Assembly (NCBI GenBank): GCA_965219535.1
Contig: CBDCNV010000002.1
Location: 1,140,001-1,172,000 of the forward strand
Source: Opitutales bacterium
GTDB taxonomy: Bacteria > Verrucomicrobiota > Verrucomicrobiia > Opitutales > PNEW01
Reading direction: 5' to 3'
DNA length: 32,000 nt
A program made the translations under genes and the position numbers. The notes beneath the pieces were generated by a model, which did no database searches, was not told the origin of the DNA, and saw nothing but the letters and a program-made list of their open reading frames with translations. Positions 1 through 9,207 of this stretch are shown here, piece after piece. How positions within the stretch are numbered: position 1 is the first letter of the stretch; each line of letters starts with the position of its first letter.

Positions 1-17
1 AATGAACGAGCACGTTT

Positions 18-3000
18 TCACAGACTATTTATTATTCTATCGTATATTTCCTTAATCGACAGCTTTCCGAGTTCTGATGGTGATAAACGGTTTTCGCTTA
101 AAGGAGGGAGTTGTTTGATACGCTCGTTGAGCGCGGGGCTCCGATTTGCTTTAACTTCGTCAACACGGTCCACGGGTGTGAAAAACGGCGTTTTGTTTAG
201 CGTCTCTGGGTAATCGCGGACCAGCTTTATAATCCACATTACCGCTTCAGAAAAACGATCGAGTTCATGTTTACTATAACTTTCGGTTGGTTCAATCATA
301 AGCCCAAGCGTTTCCGGCCAGTTTACAGTCGGTGCATGAAAACCAAAGTCGAGAAATAATTTTCCAATACGGCTGATCGCAATGGCTTTGCTCAACCCGA
401 TCGCTTCCAGTCGCGCAAAATCTTCATCTTCGAGAGTGAGGATAAATTCGTGCATGCGCGGCAGGTTTCGCGTGGACTGGGGGAGGGTTGGATAGTGGTG
501 ACGCAGTATTTCATACAGATAACGTGAGGAGAGAACAGAGACTGCAGACATCCTTTTAACTCCTTCCTTACCCAGGCGCAGTAGATAAGCATAACAACGC
601 ACCTTATGCGCATAGTTCCCCCAGTGTCGGTGAAACGAACCAATACTTGCCGAGGTTTTGACAGGCACAAATTGATTTCCCTTTTTTACGATCTGATAAC
701 CCGGTAAATATTTCTCTAATTTTTCACTCACGGCAACGACTGCGTCTCCCGGGCCACCTCCCCCGTGAGGGATAGTCCAGGTTTTATGCAAATTCTGGTG
801 CACCGCATCGACTCCTAGAGCGCTAAGATTTACCCAACCCGCTATAGCGTTCATGTTGGCTCCATCCATATAAACAAGCCCACCTGCATTGTGAATTTTA
901 TCTGTGATTGCTTTAAACTCGGTTTCAAATAATCCACTCGTGTTGGGATTTGTAATCATTACAGCACTGATGCGCTCATGGTATTCGCTGAGCTTGAGAT
1001 CAAAGTCTTTCCCATCAATTAGACCGCTCTCGTCTGCCTCAAGATGAACAATACCAACATTCAGACCAGCTATTTTTTTATTTTCAAAGCCGGCCATTGC
1101 CGCAGTTGCAAAATTAGTGCCGTGTGCTGATTTAGGAATAAAAATGACATCCCGTTTCATATCCCCGTGGGCGCGGTGATAGGCTTGAATCATTTTTAAA
1201 CCCGTCAATTCCCCCTGAGCGCCAGCCACGGGCTGTGTTGTAACAGCTCGCAATCCAGTAATCGCCTTAAACCATTCCTGAATTTCATAAAGTAATTCCA
1301 AACAACCTTGAGAATCTTCAATCGGAGCTTGTGGGTGAGTGCTAATAAAGCCACTGAGGTTGGCCGCCCAGTCGTTAATATAGGGATTATATTTCATCGT
1401 GCATGAACCCAGAGGATAACAACTGTCGTCGGGGCTTACGTTCAGATCTCCGAGCTTCTGATAATAGCTTTTGATTTCCTCCAGAGGAATATCAGGCAAA
1501 CCTACTGCATTCTGACGTAATAATTTATCCGGAAGAGCGAAATCCTGACCGTCTCCCTCAATAGTTAAAAGTTCAGAAAATATATTATCCTTAAAAAAAG
1601 CTGCGAGTTTGGTGGTGTCCCGCTTTTTGTCTGAGAATGATAGCTTTAATAGATTTCGTCCACCAGCTACACGATCGGAAACATTGACACCAAGATGCAA
1701 TCCTGCACCGCGGCCTTTTTCGATAAGTTCAGGTATAGCGATGTGTAAATCGAGAATAAACTCATTAAAGAATGGCGCATGGGGAAAAGCATGGCGAACT
1801 CCCGGTATGGCCGTAAGCATTTTCAGAGTATCAACAGCCTGATCTCGCGCAAGGCGACAAGCCCGCTGCATACCTGATTCACCACGTGCCAGTATCGCGG
1901 CTCCCGCAAGAGTGGCAAGAAATGCTTGATTTGAACAGATATTGGAAGTGGCCTTGTCTTTGCGAATATGTTGCTCGCGAGTCGATAATACCATGACGCG
2001 ACATTCGTGACCACTGATATCTTCTGCTTTGCCAATATAACGGCCAGGTGTTGATCGCACAACATTTTTTGTCTCATCGTTAAAGCGAACACCGAACACA
2101 CCCAACCCCGGGCCGCCGAAATTAGGCCCTATTGCCAGGTGTTGACCTTCACCTACGATCATATCAACACCCTTTTCACCAAAATCTACGGGTGGTTTGA
2201 GACCGCCCGTTCCCAGTAGGAGAGGATCAATGACTCCTATACTTTTTGTCCCTATACTGGCGCAATAGTTGGTCAATGAGTCGACGTCTTCGAGAATCCC
2301 CAGGGAATTAATTTGCGGAAAGACAACAGCCGCCAGGCGATCACCTGTATCTGCAGCCAAATCAATCAGTGCTTTCATGTCGATGCGGCCAGATTGAGGG
2401 TCGAGCGGCAATTTTAATAGCTTTGTCGTTGTATTCGAGGCATGGGTTTCTATCACTTCCCAGTCACCTGGATATATACCCTCGGAGACGATTGCGGTGT
2501 CAGCATTTCTTTTCAACCGTATCGCCGTACAAATCGCTTCGTAAATGGCTGTGGATCGATCATAAAGTGAAGAATTAATCGCTTCAAATCCGGTTAACAT
2601 CGCCATCATGCATTGGTATATCCAATGGCTCATTAAAGTCCCTTGACTGCGTTCCGGCTGATAGGGTGTATACGCGGTTGTCAGATTTCGTATGCCGGAA
2701 ACATAGGATATAATCTCATGAACTTCAAAATCCGGTAGTCCGTCACCAATAAATGATTCACAAGTATGGTTTTTTGATGCGAGGGATTCCATCCGTTCCT
2801 GCAGTGCCTCATAGGCAAGTTCATCGGGAATGGAGAGGGTCTCACTGAATAGCAGTTCTGGGGGTATGTGATCGAAAAGTTGATCTAACTTATCGTAGCC
2901 AAACGTCTTCAGCATCTCGGCAATGTCATCTTCAGTAGCGGAAATATAATGCCGTTTGAGTTCACGCGGCAAGATTGCTGGATCGTAGGGGAGGGGATTT

Positions 3001-3020
3001 TTAGTCAATGTCGGAGTCAA
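18..3020 (-). CDS. gcvP: glycine dehydrogenase (decarboxylating), single-chain glycine-cleavage P protein
   Basis: 1000-aa ORF. The PLP-lysine region HQNLHKTWTIPHGGGGPG matches the conserved NLHKTF-IPHGGGGPG motif of P proteins. The alpha-like and beta-like halves are fused in one chain. The start is TTG at 3020-3018, with GAGGA 7 nt upstream on the coding strand. Confidence 0.95.
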   Translation of the reverse strand: MTPTLTKNPLPYDPAILPRELKRHYISATEDDIAEMLKTFGYDKLDQLFDHIPPELLFSETLSIPDELAYEALQERMESLASKNHTCESFIGDGLPDFEVHEIISYVSGIRNLTTAYTPYQPERSQGTLMSHWIYQCMMAMLTGFEAINSSLYDRSTAIYEAICTAIRLKRNADTAIVSEGIYPGDWEVIETHASNTTTKLLKLPLDPQSGRIDMKALIDLAADTGDRLAAVVFPQINSLGILEDVDSLTNYCASIGTKSIGVIDPLLLGTGGLKPPVDFGEKGVDMIVGEGQHLAIGPNFGGPGLGVFGVRFNDETKNVVRSTPGRYIGKAEDISGHECRVMVLSTREQHIRKDKATSNICSNQAFLATLAGAAILARGESGMQRACRLARDQAVDTLKMLTAIPGVRHAFPHAPFFNEFILDLHIAIPELIEKGRGAGLHLGVNVSDRVAGGRNLLKLSFSDKKRDTTKLAAFFKDNIFSELLTIEGDGQDFALPDKLLRQNAVGLPDIPLEEIKSYYQKLGDLNVSPDDSCYPLGSCTMKYNPYINDWAANLSGFISTHPQAPIEDSQGCLELLYEIQEWFKAITGLRAVTTQPVAGAQGELTGLKMIQAYHRAHGDMKRDVIFIPKSAHGTNFATAAMAGFENKKIAGLNVGIVHLEADESGLIDGKDFDLKLSEYHERISAVMITNPNTSGLFETEFKAITDKIHNAGGLVYMDGANMNAIAGWVNLSALGVDAVHQNLHKTWTIPHGGGGPGDAVVAVSEKLEKYLPGYQIVKKGNQFVPVKTSASIGSFHRHWGNYAHKVRCYAYLLRLGKEGVKRMSAVSVLSSRYLYEILRHHYPTLPQSTRNLPRMHEFILTLEDEDFARLEAIGLSKAIAISRIGKLFLDFGFHAPTVNWPETLGLMIEPTESYSKHELDRFSEAVMWIIKLVRDYPETLNKTPFFTPVDRVDEVKANRSPALNERIKQLPPLSENRLSPSELGKLSIKEIYDRIINSL

Positions 3021-3126
3021 TCTTCGTTCCTCGGATTTTAAAGAGTTGTCTCAAATATCTTGATGTGATGCTGATGACTATATTTTTTTGTGCAACCTGT
3101 CATCTTGATTTTTTAATTATTTTCTC

Positions 3127-3780
3127 ATGAATAAAAAAGAGCGTGTAAAATACATACAACGCCGTCTCAGTGAACTCTATCCGCATCCAGCCGTTCCCCT
3201 GGAGCATAAGGATGCTTATACCTTACTCATCGCGGTTATATTGTCCGCGCAGTGCACAGATGTGCGTGTCAATCAGATCACGCCCAAGCTGTTTAAAAAA
3301 GCGGATAATCCACATGACATGGCCCGGATGAGGGTAAAAAGCATTGAGGCCATCATCCGACCTTGTGGTCTCGCTCCGTCCAAAGCCAAGGCGATCTCAG
3401 AAACATCAAAAATGATTATCGAAAAGTATTCAGGCAAAGTCCCCGACACGCTGGAAGCACTGGAATCCCTGCCCGGCGTAGGCCACAAAACAGCTTCGGT
3501 GGTCATGATCCAAGCCTTTGGTGTTCCCGCGGTCCCGGTCGATACGCACATTCATCGGCTTGCGCAGCGCTGGGGTCTCACGAGCGGAAAGAATGTCATT
3601 CAAACTGAGCGCGATATAAAACGATTGTTCCCCATAGAAAGCTGGAATGACCTTCACCTTCAAATTATTTATTATGGAAGGGAACATTGCACCGCACGAG
3701 GCTGTGATGGGACCATCTGTGAAATCTGTTCCACGTGCTATCCACGCCGCCGCAAGCCGTTCGAGGCGAAAAAAGCTTAA
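3127..3780 (+). CDS. nth: endonuclease III (HhH-GPD base-excision DNA glycosylase/lyase)
   Basis: 217 aa. Helix-hairpin-helix LPGVGHKTASVV followed by VDTH. C-terminal Cys cluster CTARGCDGTICEICSTC consistent with the Fe-S loop. ATG start. Confidence 0.9.
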   Translation: MNKKERVKYIQRRLSELYPHPAVPLEHKDAYTLLIAVILSAQCTDVRVNQITPKLFKKADNPHDMARMRVKSIEAIIRPCGLAPSKAKAISETSKMIIEKYSGKVPDTLEALESLPGVGHKTASVVMIQAFGVPAVPVDTHIHRLAQRWGLTSGKNVIQTERDIKRLFPIESWNDLHLQIIYYGREHCTARGCDGTICEICSTCYPRRRKPFEAKKA

Positions 3781-3816
3781 ATCTGACCGCCAATATTTAT
3801 TCCGGAGTCCTGTATA

Positions 3817-4167
3817 ATGAAGATCTACACCTATAAGAATTGTGATACCTGCCGCAAAGCGCTGAAGTGGCTCGATGCTCATGGAATGGAATATGAGCAA
3901 ATAGCCATTCGTGAGTCGCCCCCCACGGTTATAGAGCTCGAATCCATGTTCGCTGCTTATGAAGGGGAAATTCGAAAACTGTTTAATACCTCCGGCCGAG
4001 ATTACCAGGCGCAGAAGTTAAAGGATAGCCTACCTAAAATGAAATTACCCGAAGCCCTCAAGCTTCTCTCAGGGAATGGAAATCTTATTAAAAGACCTTT
4101 TCTCCTGGCTGGAACCACAAATCTTGTTGGTTTCAAGGAAGAGGAATGGAGCGAGAAGCTTAAGTAG
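3817..4167 (+). CDS. ArsC/Spx-family thioredoxin-fold protein (YffB-like)
   Basis: 116 aa. N-terminal MKIYTYKNCDTCRKALKWL and C-terminal NLIKRPFL are typical of the ArsC/Spx/YffB family. Confidence 0.8.
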   Translation: MKIYTYKNCDTCRKALKWLDAHGMEYEQIAIRESPPTVIELESMFAAYEGEIRKLFNTSGRDYQAQKLKDSLPKMKLPEALKLLSGNGNLIKRPFLLAGTTNLVGFKEEEWSEKLK

Positions 4168-4300
4168 AAATCCTGAAAGCCGGAAAACTGGAAAGCCAGT
4201 TCCGAGTTCTCCCGCGACTGCGGATCGGAACGATATTTTCCAATCCGGAATTCCTAAAAATTGGGTTGTGAGAAAGAAGATAATTTATTCCACATAATCG
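4165..4300 (+). repeat. dispersed intergenic repeat family 1, copy A
   Basis: GTAGAAA..GAAAGCCGG..GGAAAGCCAG..TTCCGAGTTC, a hairpin, then GTGAGAAAGAAGATAATTTATTCCACAT. It aligns by eye with 17978-18118. Confidence 0.65.
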
Positions 4301-4309
4301 CGTACACGC

Positions 4310-5149
4310 TTATTCGCATATACGAAAATTTGGTTCAAATTTTCTAACATTTTCCCGGGCGGTTTTTATATAGTCGGGATTGATATCGAATCCGATAAAT
4401 TTTTTTACCCCACATTTTATAGCCCCGAGTGGGGCATGACCAATACCTACGAAGGGGTCCAAGACGACGGTATGTGAATTCACACCGTGCAGATTAATAC
4501 AATTTTCCGCCAATTTTACCGGGAAGGTTGCCGGGTGTGGACGATTTTTGTCCCTGCTTTGAATTGTCTTATACGAGACAAACCAATTATTGCCTCGGCA
4601 TCTCTTGTCTCGCCCGCCCGTGTGACTCCACCGCGCGATATTTGATTTGTCACTGTAGGACACGCCTAGACTGAGACGGTTTACGGGGGTGTTTCCCGTA
4701 TGTGTTAGGTGAAAAACGTATTCGTGGCAGTCAGTGACATAGCGTTTCGAATTGATAGGCTTGAAATGGCCAACCGAAGTTTCCTTGCCATCCGGTGTCT
4801 CCACCGTGATCGATTTGATCCAGTGAAAAGTATTTTGAAGAATAAAAAATTCGCTCATTAAGATGGCAACTTGGTGCGGGAGCATCGGATTAGATGGGCT
4901 GGCACCAATGTTTAGAAAAAAGGATCCACTTTCTTTTAATAGTCGCTTTATCTCACGCGCCCACTCTTTACACCAGCTTAAGTATTGGGGACGGTTGCTC
5001 GAATCTTTATAGTTACCGTACGCAATACCCAGATTGTAGGGCGGTGAAGTGACGACTATATCAATAGTATCGGAATCAATTTTCCGCATACCTTTCAAAC
5101 AGTCCTGTCGTAATAATTTATAGCTGTAGGTCTGCGCTTTAGCTTTCAT
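4310..5149 (-). CDS. site-specific DNA methyltransferase, beta-class N4-cytosine/N6-adenine type
   Basis: Catalytic motif IV VVTSPPYNLG lies near the N-terminus. HPATFPVKL and the AdoMet motif VLDPFVGIG lie near the C-terminus, giving beta-class order. The ORF track starts at TTG 5182, but ATG at 5149 (MKAKAQTY) is the more likely start. Confidence 0.85.
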   Translation of the reverse strand: MKAKAQTYSYKLLRQDCLKGMRKIDSDTIDIVVTSPPYNLGIAYGNYKDSSNRPQYLSWCKEWAREIKRLLKESGSFFLNIGASPSNPMLPHQVAILMSEFFILQNTFHWIKSITVETPDGKETSVGHFKPINSKRYVTDCHEYVFHLTHTGNTPVNRLSLGVSYSDKSNIARWSHTGGRDKRCRGNNWFVSYKTIQSRDKNRPHPATFPVKLAENCINLHGVNSHTVVLDPFVGIGHAPLGAIKCGVKKFIGFDINPDYIKTARENVRKFEPNFRICE

Positions 5150-5530
5150 GACTCTCACTGCCCTTGAGAAATATGAAAACAAATTGAATTAAAGTACAAG
5201 CCTGTAGTTTTACCTACCTAAATATAATAAAAGATTAACCCCTATGCCGCTGCGGTCGCGAAGTTTTTAATTGCGGATTCAATAAGCTGAAATTGAGCCG
5301 ATAATTAAGCGTTAATCGCATGAAAACCGGGCGTTCCACTAGGTGTCAAATGTGTCATTATGACGCAAATTAGTTATTCAACCAATACCACGAATCAGAA
5401 GGCCGTTTAAGGATGGGAGCTTATTTATATAAGTCGTTATGTAAGAATAATATGGATCAAATATGAGCCCTCTCTCCAATAAGAATAGAGAGAGCGACAA
5501 TTGGAATAAATCCTGCATATAAATTAAATC

Positions 5531-8158
5531 ATGAATATCGATCCCAATAAATTTACTGAAAAATCGCGCGAATCCCTGCAAGAGTCTCAGGACATTGCAC
5601 GCCGTCTGAATCATCAGCAGGTTGATGGCATTCACTTACTCTCAGCTCTTGTTCATCAGGAGCATGGCGCGGTGTCGGCCATATTGGAGAGGATGGAAAT
5701 CACCCCGAGTGCTGTGCAACTGGCGTTGCAACGGGAATTAGAAAAATTACCGAGTGTATCAGGTAGTGTTGATGCATCGCGTGTCTATGTTACACCCTCT
5801 TTTCAAAATACTATTACCAGGGCCGAGGCAGCGGCGGATCGGTTACAGGATGAATTTATCAGCGTTGAGCATCTCCTCCTCCGGCTGATCGAGGATTCTG
5901 ATAACACTGCACTGCAACAGTTTTTTAAGCAGTTTGGTATAGAGTGTAAAAAAGTCCTCGAAGCAATGCAGGATGTCCGAGGGAATCAGCGCGTAACTTC
6001 ACAGAATCCGGAAGCCACCTATCAATCCCTGGAAAAATATGGTCTTGATCTTGTTGAACAAGCCCGGCGGGGTAAACTGGATCCGGTCATTGGGCGCGAT
6101 GCTGAAATTCGCCGAGTCATTCGAATTCTCTCGCGCAAAACAAAAAACAATCCCGTGCTTATTGGCGATCCGGGCGTAGGAAAAACGGCAATCGCTGAAG
6201 GACTTGCCCAGCGTATCGTGCGTGGTGATGTCCCTGAGGGCTTAAAAGACAGAACAGTATTTTCTCTCGATATGGGAGCATTGCTGGCAGGAGCAAAATT
6301 CCGTGGTGAGTTTGAAGAACGCCTGAAAGCAGTACTTCAGGAAATAAAAAACAGTGAGGGTCGAATTCTCCTTTTTATTGATGAACTCCATACCATTGTC
6401 GGTGCGGGTAAAGCAGAAGGTGCGATAGACGCAGGCAATATGTTAAAACCCATGTTGGCCCGCGGTGAACTTCATTGTATCGGTGCGACCACACTCGATG
6501 AATACCGCAAAGAAATCGAAAAAGATGCGGCTCTTGAAAGGCGTTTTCAAACGGTTATGGTTGATCAACCTAACGTCGAAGACACGATATCCATTCTGCG
6601 TGGTATACGCGAACGCTTTGAGTTACATCACGGTGTTCACATTCAGGATAACGCCCTCGTGAACGCTGCGGTCCTCTCTAATCGTTACATCACGGATCGA
6701 TTTCTTCCAGACAAGGCAATTGATTTAGTTGATGAAGCCTGTGCTATGATTCGTACGGAGATCGACAGTATGCCGAGAGAACTGGACGAACTCACTCGAC
6801 GTGTGATGCAGTTGGAGATTGAAGAAGCGGCCTTAAAGAAGGAAAAAGATGATGCCAGTAAACAGCGATTAAATCAGTTGGGTAAAGAAGTGACTGAAAC
6901 TCGCGAGAAAGCTGATGCTTTACGCCGGCAGTGGGAAACCGAAAAGTCTTCCATCGGGGATGTGCAGAAAATTCGCGAAGAAATCGAAAAAACAAAACTG
7001 GAGATGGAACAAGCGGAGCGCGATTACGACCTCAACAAAATGGCTGAATTGCGCCATGGGCGACTACCCGAACTTGAAGAAGAACTAAAGAAGCTGGAAT
7101 CAACAGAGAACAAAAATAATGGGTCACGTCTATTAAAAGAGGAAGTTTCAGCTGAAGAAATTGCTGAGATCGTCTCGCTTTGGTCAGGTGTCCCCGTCAC
7201 ACGATTACTCGAAGGGGAAAGAGAAAAGCTTTTGCGCCTTGACGATGAACTGCACAAGCGCGTCATCGGACAAGATGAACCTGTTGAGCTTGTATCCGAA
7301 GCTATTCTTCGGGCCCGTTCCGGGATAAAAGATCCCAAAAGACCTATTGGATCCTTCCTTTTTCTCGGCCCGACCGGGGTTGGAAAGACCGAGCTGGCTA
7401 AGACGCTTGCCGAATCACTCTTTGACAGTGAAGACAATATCGTGCGTCTCGATATGTCCGAGTATATGGAAAAGCACACGGTATCTCGATTGATCGGTGC
7501 CCCACCAGGTTATATTGGTTTCGAAGAGGGAGGGCAACTCTCGGAAGCCGTTCGACGCAAACCTTACTGTGTCATCCTTTTTGATGAAATAGAAAAAGCG
7601 CATCCTGACGTCTTCAATGTCCTTCTTCAAATCATGGATGATGGGCGTATTACTGACGCACAAGGGCATACCGTGGATTTCAAGAATACTGTCATCATCA
7701 TGACTTCGAACATCGGCAATCGCTATTTACAGGAAGGTGTAACTGGAGATGAAATTCCAGAGTCCGTTCGCGAGTCCGTTTTTACAGAACTGCGTCAAGC
7801 GATGCGGCCAGAATTTCTCAATCGAATTGATGATACCGTTCTCTTCAAGCCACTGACCCTTGTGGAAATTCGCGACATTGTTGATTTGTGCATTGTGGAA
7901 TTAAACAAGCGCATGAAGGATCGTCGTATTGCGATCGAGCTGGACGGAGAAGCTCGCGATTGGTTAGCTGAGCGCGGCTATGACCCCGTTTATGGCGCTC
8001 GCCCGCTGCGTCGATTCCTGCAGAAACGGATCGAAAACAAACTAGCTCGCGCGCTTATAGCTGGCCAGGTGATTGAGGGACAAACGGTCGATTTTATTTT
8101 AGAGGGTGATGAACTCACGATGCTCTTGATACCAGAACCTCAGGAGATTGTTGATTGA
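5531..8158 (+). CDS. clpB: ATP-dependent chaperone/disaggregase ClpB
   Basis: 875 aa. Two AAA+ modules with Walker A GDPGVGKT and GPTGVGKT. Long coiled-coil middle domain and a Clp N-domain repeat. Confidence 0.97.
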   Translation: MNIDPNKFTEKSRESLQESQDIARRLNHQQVDGIHLLSALVHQEHGAVSAILERMEITPSAVQLALQRELEKLPSVSGSVDASRVYVTPSFQNTITRAEAAADRLQDEFISVEHLLLRLIEDSDNTALQQFFKQFGIECKKVLEAMQDVRGNQRVTSQNPEATYQSLEKYGLDLVEQARRGKLDPVIGRDAEIRRVIRILSRKTKNNPVLIGDPGVGKTAIAEGLAQRIVRGDVPEGLKDRTVFSLDMGALLAGAKFRGEFEERLKAVLQEIKNSEGRILLFIDELHTIVGAGKAEGAIDAGNMLKPMLARGELHCIGATTLDEYRKEIEKDAALERRFQTVMVDQPNVEDTISILRGIRERFELHHGVHIQDNALVNAAVLSNRYITDRFLPDKAIDLVDEACAMIRTEIDSMPRELDELTRRVMQLEIEEAALKKEKDDASKQRLNQLGKEVTETREKADALRRQWETEKSSIGDVQKIREEIEKTKLEMEQAERDYDLNKMAELRHGRLPELEEELKKLESTENKNNGSRLLKEEVSAEEIAEIVSLWSGVPVTRLLEGEREKLLRLDDELHKRVIGQDEPVELVSEAILRARSGIKDPKRPIGSFLFLGPTGVGKTELAKTLAESLFDSEDNIVRLDMSEYMEKHTVSRLIGAPPGYIGFEEGGQLSEAVRRKPYCVILFDEIEKAHPDVFNVLLQIMDDGRITDAQGHTVDFKNTVIIMTSNIGNRYLQEGVTGDEIPESVRESVFTELRQAMRPEFLNRIDDTVLFKPLTLVEIRDIVDLCIVELNKRMKDRRIAIELDGEARDWLAERGYDPVYGARPLRRFLQKRIENKLARALIAGQVIEGQTVDFILEGDELTMLLIPEPQEIVD

Positions 8159-8160
8159 TG

Positions 8161-8400
8161 TAGAAACTTCGTTTTCGTGCGCTTGTCATCGCGAGGGAGT
8201 TTGTCAGGTGGAACGCGCTGTCCCTAGCGCGTTTGAATATTCCATAACAGAAGAAGCGTGCTAGGGAACAGCCGTCGCTGTGCAGTGTTATGCTATGGCC
8301 GTCAGGCAGCCCGCCACGACGGAGCTTTGAATTGTATTAAATACTAGGATGGACGAAGACGAAGAGGCAGACGAAGACGAAGATTTGTAAAATATCGTCC
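8161..8400. repeat. composite structured gap between convergent clpB and the SDR gene
   Basis: CTTCGTTTTCG at 8167-8177 is complementary to the (GACGAA)-type hexamer array at 8352-8384. CTTGTCATCGCGAGGG at 8182-8197. Nested inverted repeat GCGCTGTCCCTAGCGC (8215-8230) / GCGTGCTAGGGAACAGC (8256-8272). Confidence 0.55.
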
Positions 8401-8401
8401 A

Positions 8402-9172
8402 CTAACCTGAGGACATACCGGCATCGATCATTACGGGGGCCCCGGTTAAAGCCGAGGCTTCGTCATGACATAAAAATAAAATCAACGCGGCGACTTCTGC
8501 TGGTTCAAGAAGGCGTTTAAGCGCGGTGGGTTCAATGATTATTTTTTCGACCACTTCGTCTTCGGTCATTCCTCGTTCGGATGCTTGATCGGCAATTTGG
8601 TTCTCAACCAATGGCGTCCGAACATAAGAGGGGCAGATCGTATGAGCTGTAATTCCATGAGGGCCACCTTCCAGCGCGGTGACGCGTGTTAGACCGAGTA
8701 ACCCGTGTTTTACCGTCGAATAGCACGCTTTATAGGCAGAAGCGCGAACCGAAAGCACGGAACCCATGTTAATTACGCGACCCCATTGCTGCTTTTTCAG
8801 GTGGGGCCATGCATAACGGGTAAGAAGGAAGGGAGCGGTCAACATCACCGAGACCATTTTGTCCCAGATATCCTCGGAAAATTTTTCCAAGGGAGCGATA
8901 TGTTGAAACCCTGCGTTATTAACGAGGATATGAACGGTGCCAAATTCTTCCACCGTCTTATCGACAAGATTTTTGCAATCTGTTCTCTCACTCAAGTCTC
9001 CCTCGATGAATAATCCATTGATGCGCTCAGCTGATTGTCTTCCTATTTCTGTCTGCAGATCACTGAGGACTACCTTTGCGCCTTCGGCAGAAAAGCGTTC
9101 AGCGATCGCCAGGCCAATTCCACTGGCAGCGCCGGTGACAATCGCCACTTTATCCTTTAAGTTAATTTCCAT
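8402..9172 (-). CDS. short-chain dehydrogenase/reductase, 3-hydroxybutyrate dehydrogenase-like
   Basis: 256 aa. TGAASGIGLAIA Rossmann motif, NNAG, YSTVK catalytic Y-x3-K. The C-terminal SYVRTPLVENQI segment resembles D-beta-hydroxybutyrate dehydrogenases. Substrate is not proven. Confidence 0.8.
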   Translation of the reverse strand: MEINLKDKVAIVTGAASGIGLAIAERFSAEGAKVVLSDLQTEIGRQSAERINGLFIEGDLSERTDCKNLVDKTVEEFGTVHILVNNAGFQHIAPLEKFSEDIWDKMVSVMLTAPFLLTRYAWPHLKKQQWGRVINMGSVLSVRASAYKACYSTVKHGLLGLTRVTALEGGPHGITAHTICPSYVRTPLVENQIADQASERGMTEDEVVEKIIIEPTALKRLLEPAEVAALILFLCHDEASALTGAPVMIDAGMSSG

Positions 9173-9207
9173 CCTAAATTGAAATTAATCCATTCACCAT
9201 TATTGAA

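Noticed and set aside
392-2578. Four short ORFs (69-92 aa) overlapping gcvP in other frames, two on each strand
   Set aside because: They are embedded in a strongly supported 1000-aa gene and have low-complexity or Cys/Arg-rich translations typical of off-frame reading. The same applies to the ORFs nested in nth, clpB, the SDR and Fe-ADH genes, lpxD, the dehydrogenase and the RND pump.
3021-3126. Glycine riboswitch expected upstream of gcvP
   Set aside because: The 106-nt leader (read on the minus strand) is AT-rich. It lacks the conserved GGAGAG / CACCG-type cores of glycine aptamers and is too short for a tandem riboswitch.
4076-4297. 73-aa + strand ORF downstream of the ArsC-like gene
   Set aside because: It overlaps the ArsC-like gene's 3' end and is otherwise made of repeat family 1 copy A. 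The low-complexity Arg/Ser/Pro-rich translation suggests a repeat-generated ORF.
4310-5182. Complete restriction-modification or other defence system around the methyltransferase
   Set aside because: No endonuclease, specificity, helicase or ATPase partner is adjacent. Flanking genes are housekeeping, so only an orphan methyltransferase can be supported.
5378-5635. 85-aa minus-strand ORF spanning the clpB start
   Set aside because: It overlaps the clpB 5' end antisense and the AT-rich promoter region. It has no motif and no plausible ribosome-binding context.
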